Shown piece by piece: positions 62,409-64,000 of a stretch of DNA of 64,000 nucleotides. The stretch is from Monocercomonoides exilis PA203 (Eukaryota; Protista; Preaxostyla). Position 1 is the first letter of the stretch; the number at the start of each line of letters is the position of its first letter. The notes beneath the pieces were generated by a model. That model was not told the DNA's origin, searched no databases, and was given only the letters and a program-made list of their open reading frames with translations. Position numbers and translations under genes: made by a program. Where the stretch lies: the NCBI GenBank assembly GCA_001643675.2, contig LSRY02000049.1:434001-498000 (forward strand), in the 5' to 3' direction.

Positions 62409-62655
62409 TCAGCTTTTCCCTCACAATGGACAAAGTTGACATTTGTTGATAAAAAGATTTTTTTATCCTGAAATGTCTGATCTTGTGATTCTGTACTTAC
62501 AGGTTTGATCACAACAAACTGAGAAGGGAACAAAAAACTCATGAAATGGAAATATCTTCAAAATGGAACGTCACAAACATTTATTTTGAAGCAAGTGCTA
62601 TTTGAAAAATTTGATAAAAAGAAAGAAAAAAAAAAGAAAAAATTGATTGAATAGA

Positions 62656-62659
<4 letters not shown>

Positions 62660-62712
<53 letters not shown>
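62660..62712 (+). repeat. (TA)n microsatellite
   Basis: About 26 TA units directly visible. Confidence 0.95.
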
Positions 62713-62714
<2 letters not shown>

Positions 62715-62949
62715 AAAAGATGTTATATTTCAGCATAGCTGTGCAACTTGAAAAAGAGTGTGTCTTCATGTCAACAAGTTTTAAATATCAAGTTCAGTGA
62801 TTTTTATTTTTTTTATTTTTTTTGAATAAATTTTTTTTCAAAAATATTATTAAACTTTTTCATTTTGCAATATCAAACATACATGAAATGAAAATGTTTA
62901 TGAAATAAATGCTGATGACTTTGAAGGATTTTCAAACTCAAGAATTAGC

Positions 62950-63285
62950 TCATATTTTCTTTTCGTTCTTTATAACAATTCCACATTAAAGAAAGACTTA
63001 AGAATATGCCAAAAAATGAGACATAAAAATTCCAAGAAAAAATAATCACTCAAAAACCATCAGATTGAATCAAAAAACATTGAAAAATCGAGAGAAATAA
63101 TTGTTAACAAAATTATCGACTCAGCTTTCATCATTTATAAAAAAAAGACTCTTTATTCGAGAAGCAAAACACAAACAACGATTATCGAACACGTTTTCAT
63201 TGTTGTTCTCTCTCGTCAAATAGCTCTCAAATCACAAGTTTTCATTTCTCTTCTCTCATTCGCGATAACACAAAAAACTGCTTTC
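62950..63285 (-). repeat. Dispersed non-coding repeat, copy 2 (inverted relative to 41735-42080)
   Basis: caaaacacaaacaacgattatcgaacacgttttcattgttgttctctctcgtcaaata is the reverse complement of the block at ~41800-41860. Confidence 0.85.
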
Positions 63286-64000
63286 AACAGAAACGTTGAA
63301 TACAGAAAAACATTTTCACTTTTCTTTCCAATAATAATTCACCTGATAAAAACTTCGTTTTTCCACCCGTGATAAACTTCTTTTTTTTCCCAATAATCCA
63401 AACGAACAATTTTATTGCTTTGAATAAAATGTGAAAATAATTTGTGAATCTTTTTGAAACAACAAATGATTCATAATAATTCAAAAATGCCTTCTCAATC
63501 AATTTATTGGTGTGATGTGTGTCGAAGATGATTTTGTTAAAAAAACAGAAAACTACATATTAACATGAACGAAGAAATATGGAGAAGAATTCAACAGAAG
63601 CCAGTTGCATTGTGCAAACTGGCATTGTTAAAAAAAAAACAATGGTTAATATTCTCGGATGAGAAAAACAAAATTCTACATACAAATGTTTCAAAAATAC
63701 TAATCTTACTGAAAAAATTGAAACAAAAAACTATTACTCAATTCATAATAGTTCACATGATAAATACATATTCACATGACATCCACAAAACAGCTCACAT
63801 GATCGCGATGAAATGTAATTGCTGGATTATTGCATATCAACATATCAACAAAATGTTCAAGCAGCCATTCGAACTTTTGCTTTGCTGTAATCTGAAAATC
63901 CCAAACGAAAAACTTCATTCAGCAACAAGCAATTAATGCTTTGACAATAATTGCACAGACAATACATACATAATTTGATTGTTCTTTTTTTTCTTTCCAA

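Noticed and set aside
1-64000. Possible TAA/TAG->Gln reassignment, as known in some oxymonads
   Set aside because: Multi-kb exons contain no in-frame TAR, and conserved genes end at TAG/TAA (COPE, GSK3, importin-alpha). The standard code fits.

Overview
Eukaryotic, AT-rich, intron-rich genomic DNA read with the standard genetic code. The short introns with GTTTG-type donors and the giant proteins full of poly-Ser and Glu/Lys tracts resemble an oxymonad such as Monocercomonoides; this is an inference, not verified. About 19 protein-coding loci were reconstructed by eye from the ORF track plus manual splicing. They include a HAUS5/augmin-like subunit, epsilon-COP, a SHIPPO/ODF3-repeat protein, a syntaxin-like SNARE apparently ending in a CaaX box, a miniature eIF3m-like PCI protein, a ~3,600-aa low-complexity protein ending in a Crinkler-like degenerate nuclease plus pseudokinase module, an RFWD3-type RING protein, a ~3,400-aa TmcB-like membrane protein, two paralogous intronless orphan genes, two divergent Pho80/P-type cyclins, GSK3, a histidine acid phosphatase, a six-UBL + Cys-rich domain + RING-H2 polyprotein, a lone TOG-like protein and a divergent importin-alpha. 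Non-coding highlights are a stack of inverted-repeat (foldback/MITE-like) elements at 39.5-41.7 kb with one nested inside another, an old eroded inverted repeat at 33.9-34.6 kb, and a ~350-bp dispersed repeat present twice. No rRNA, tRNA or CRISPR array is supported. All homology calls come from remembered family motifs, not database searches, and exon boundaries are manual predictions.
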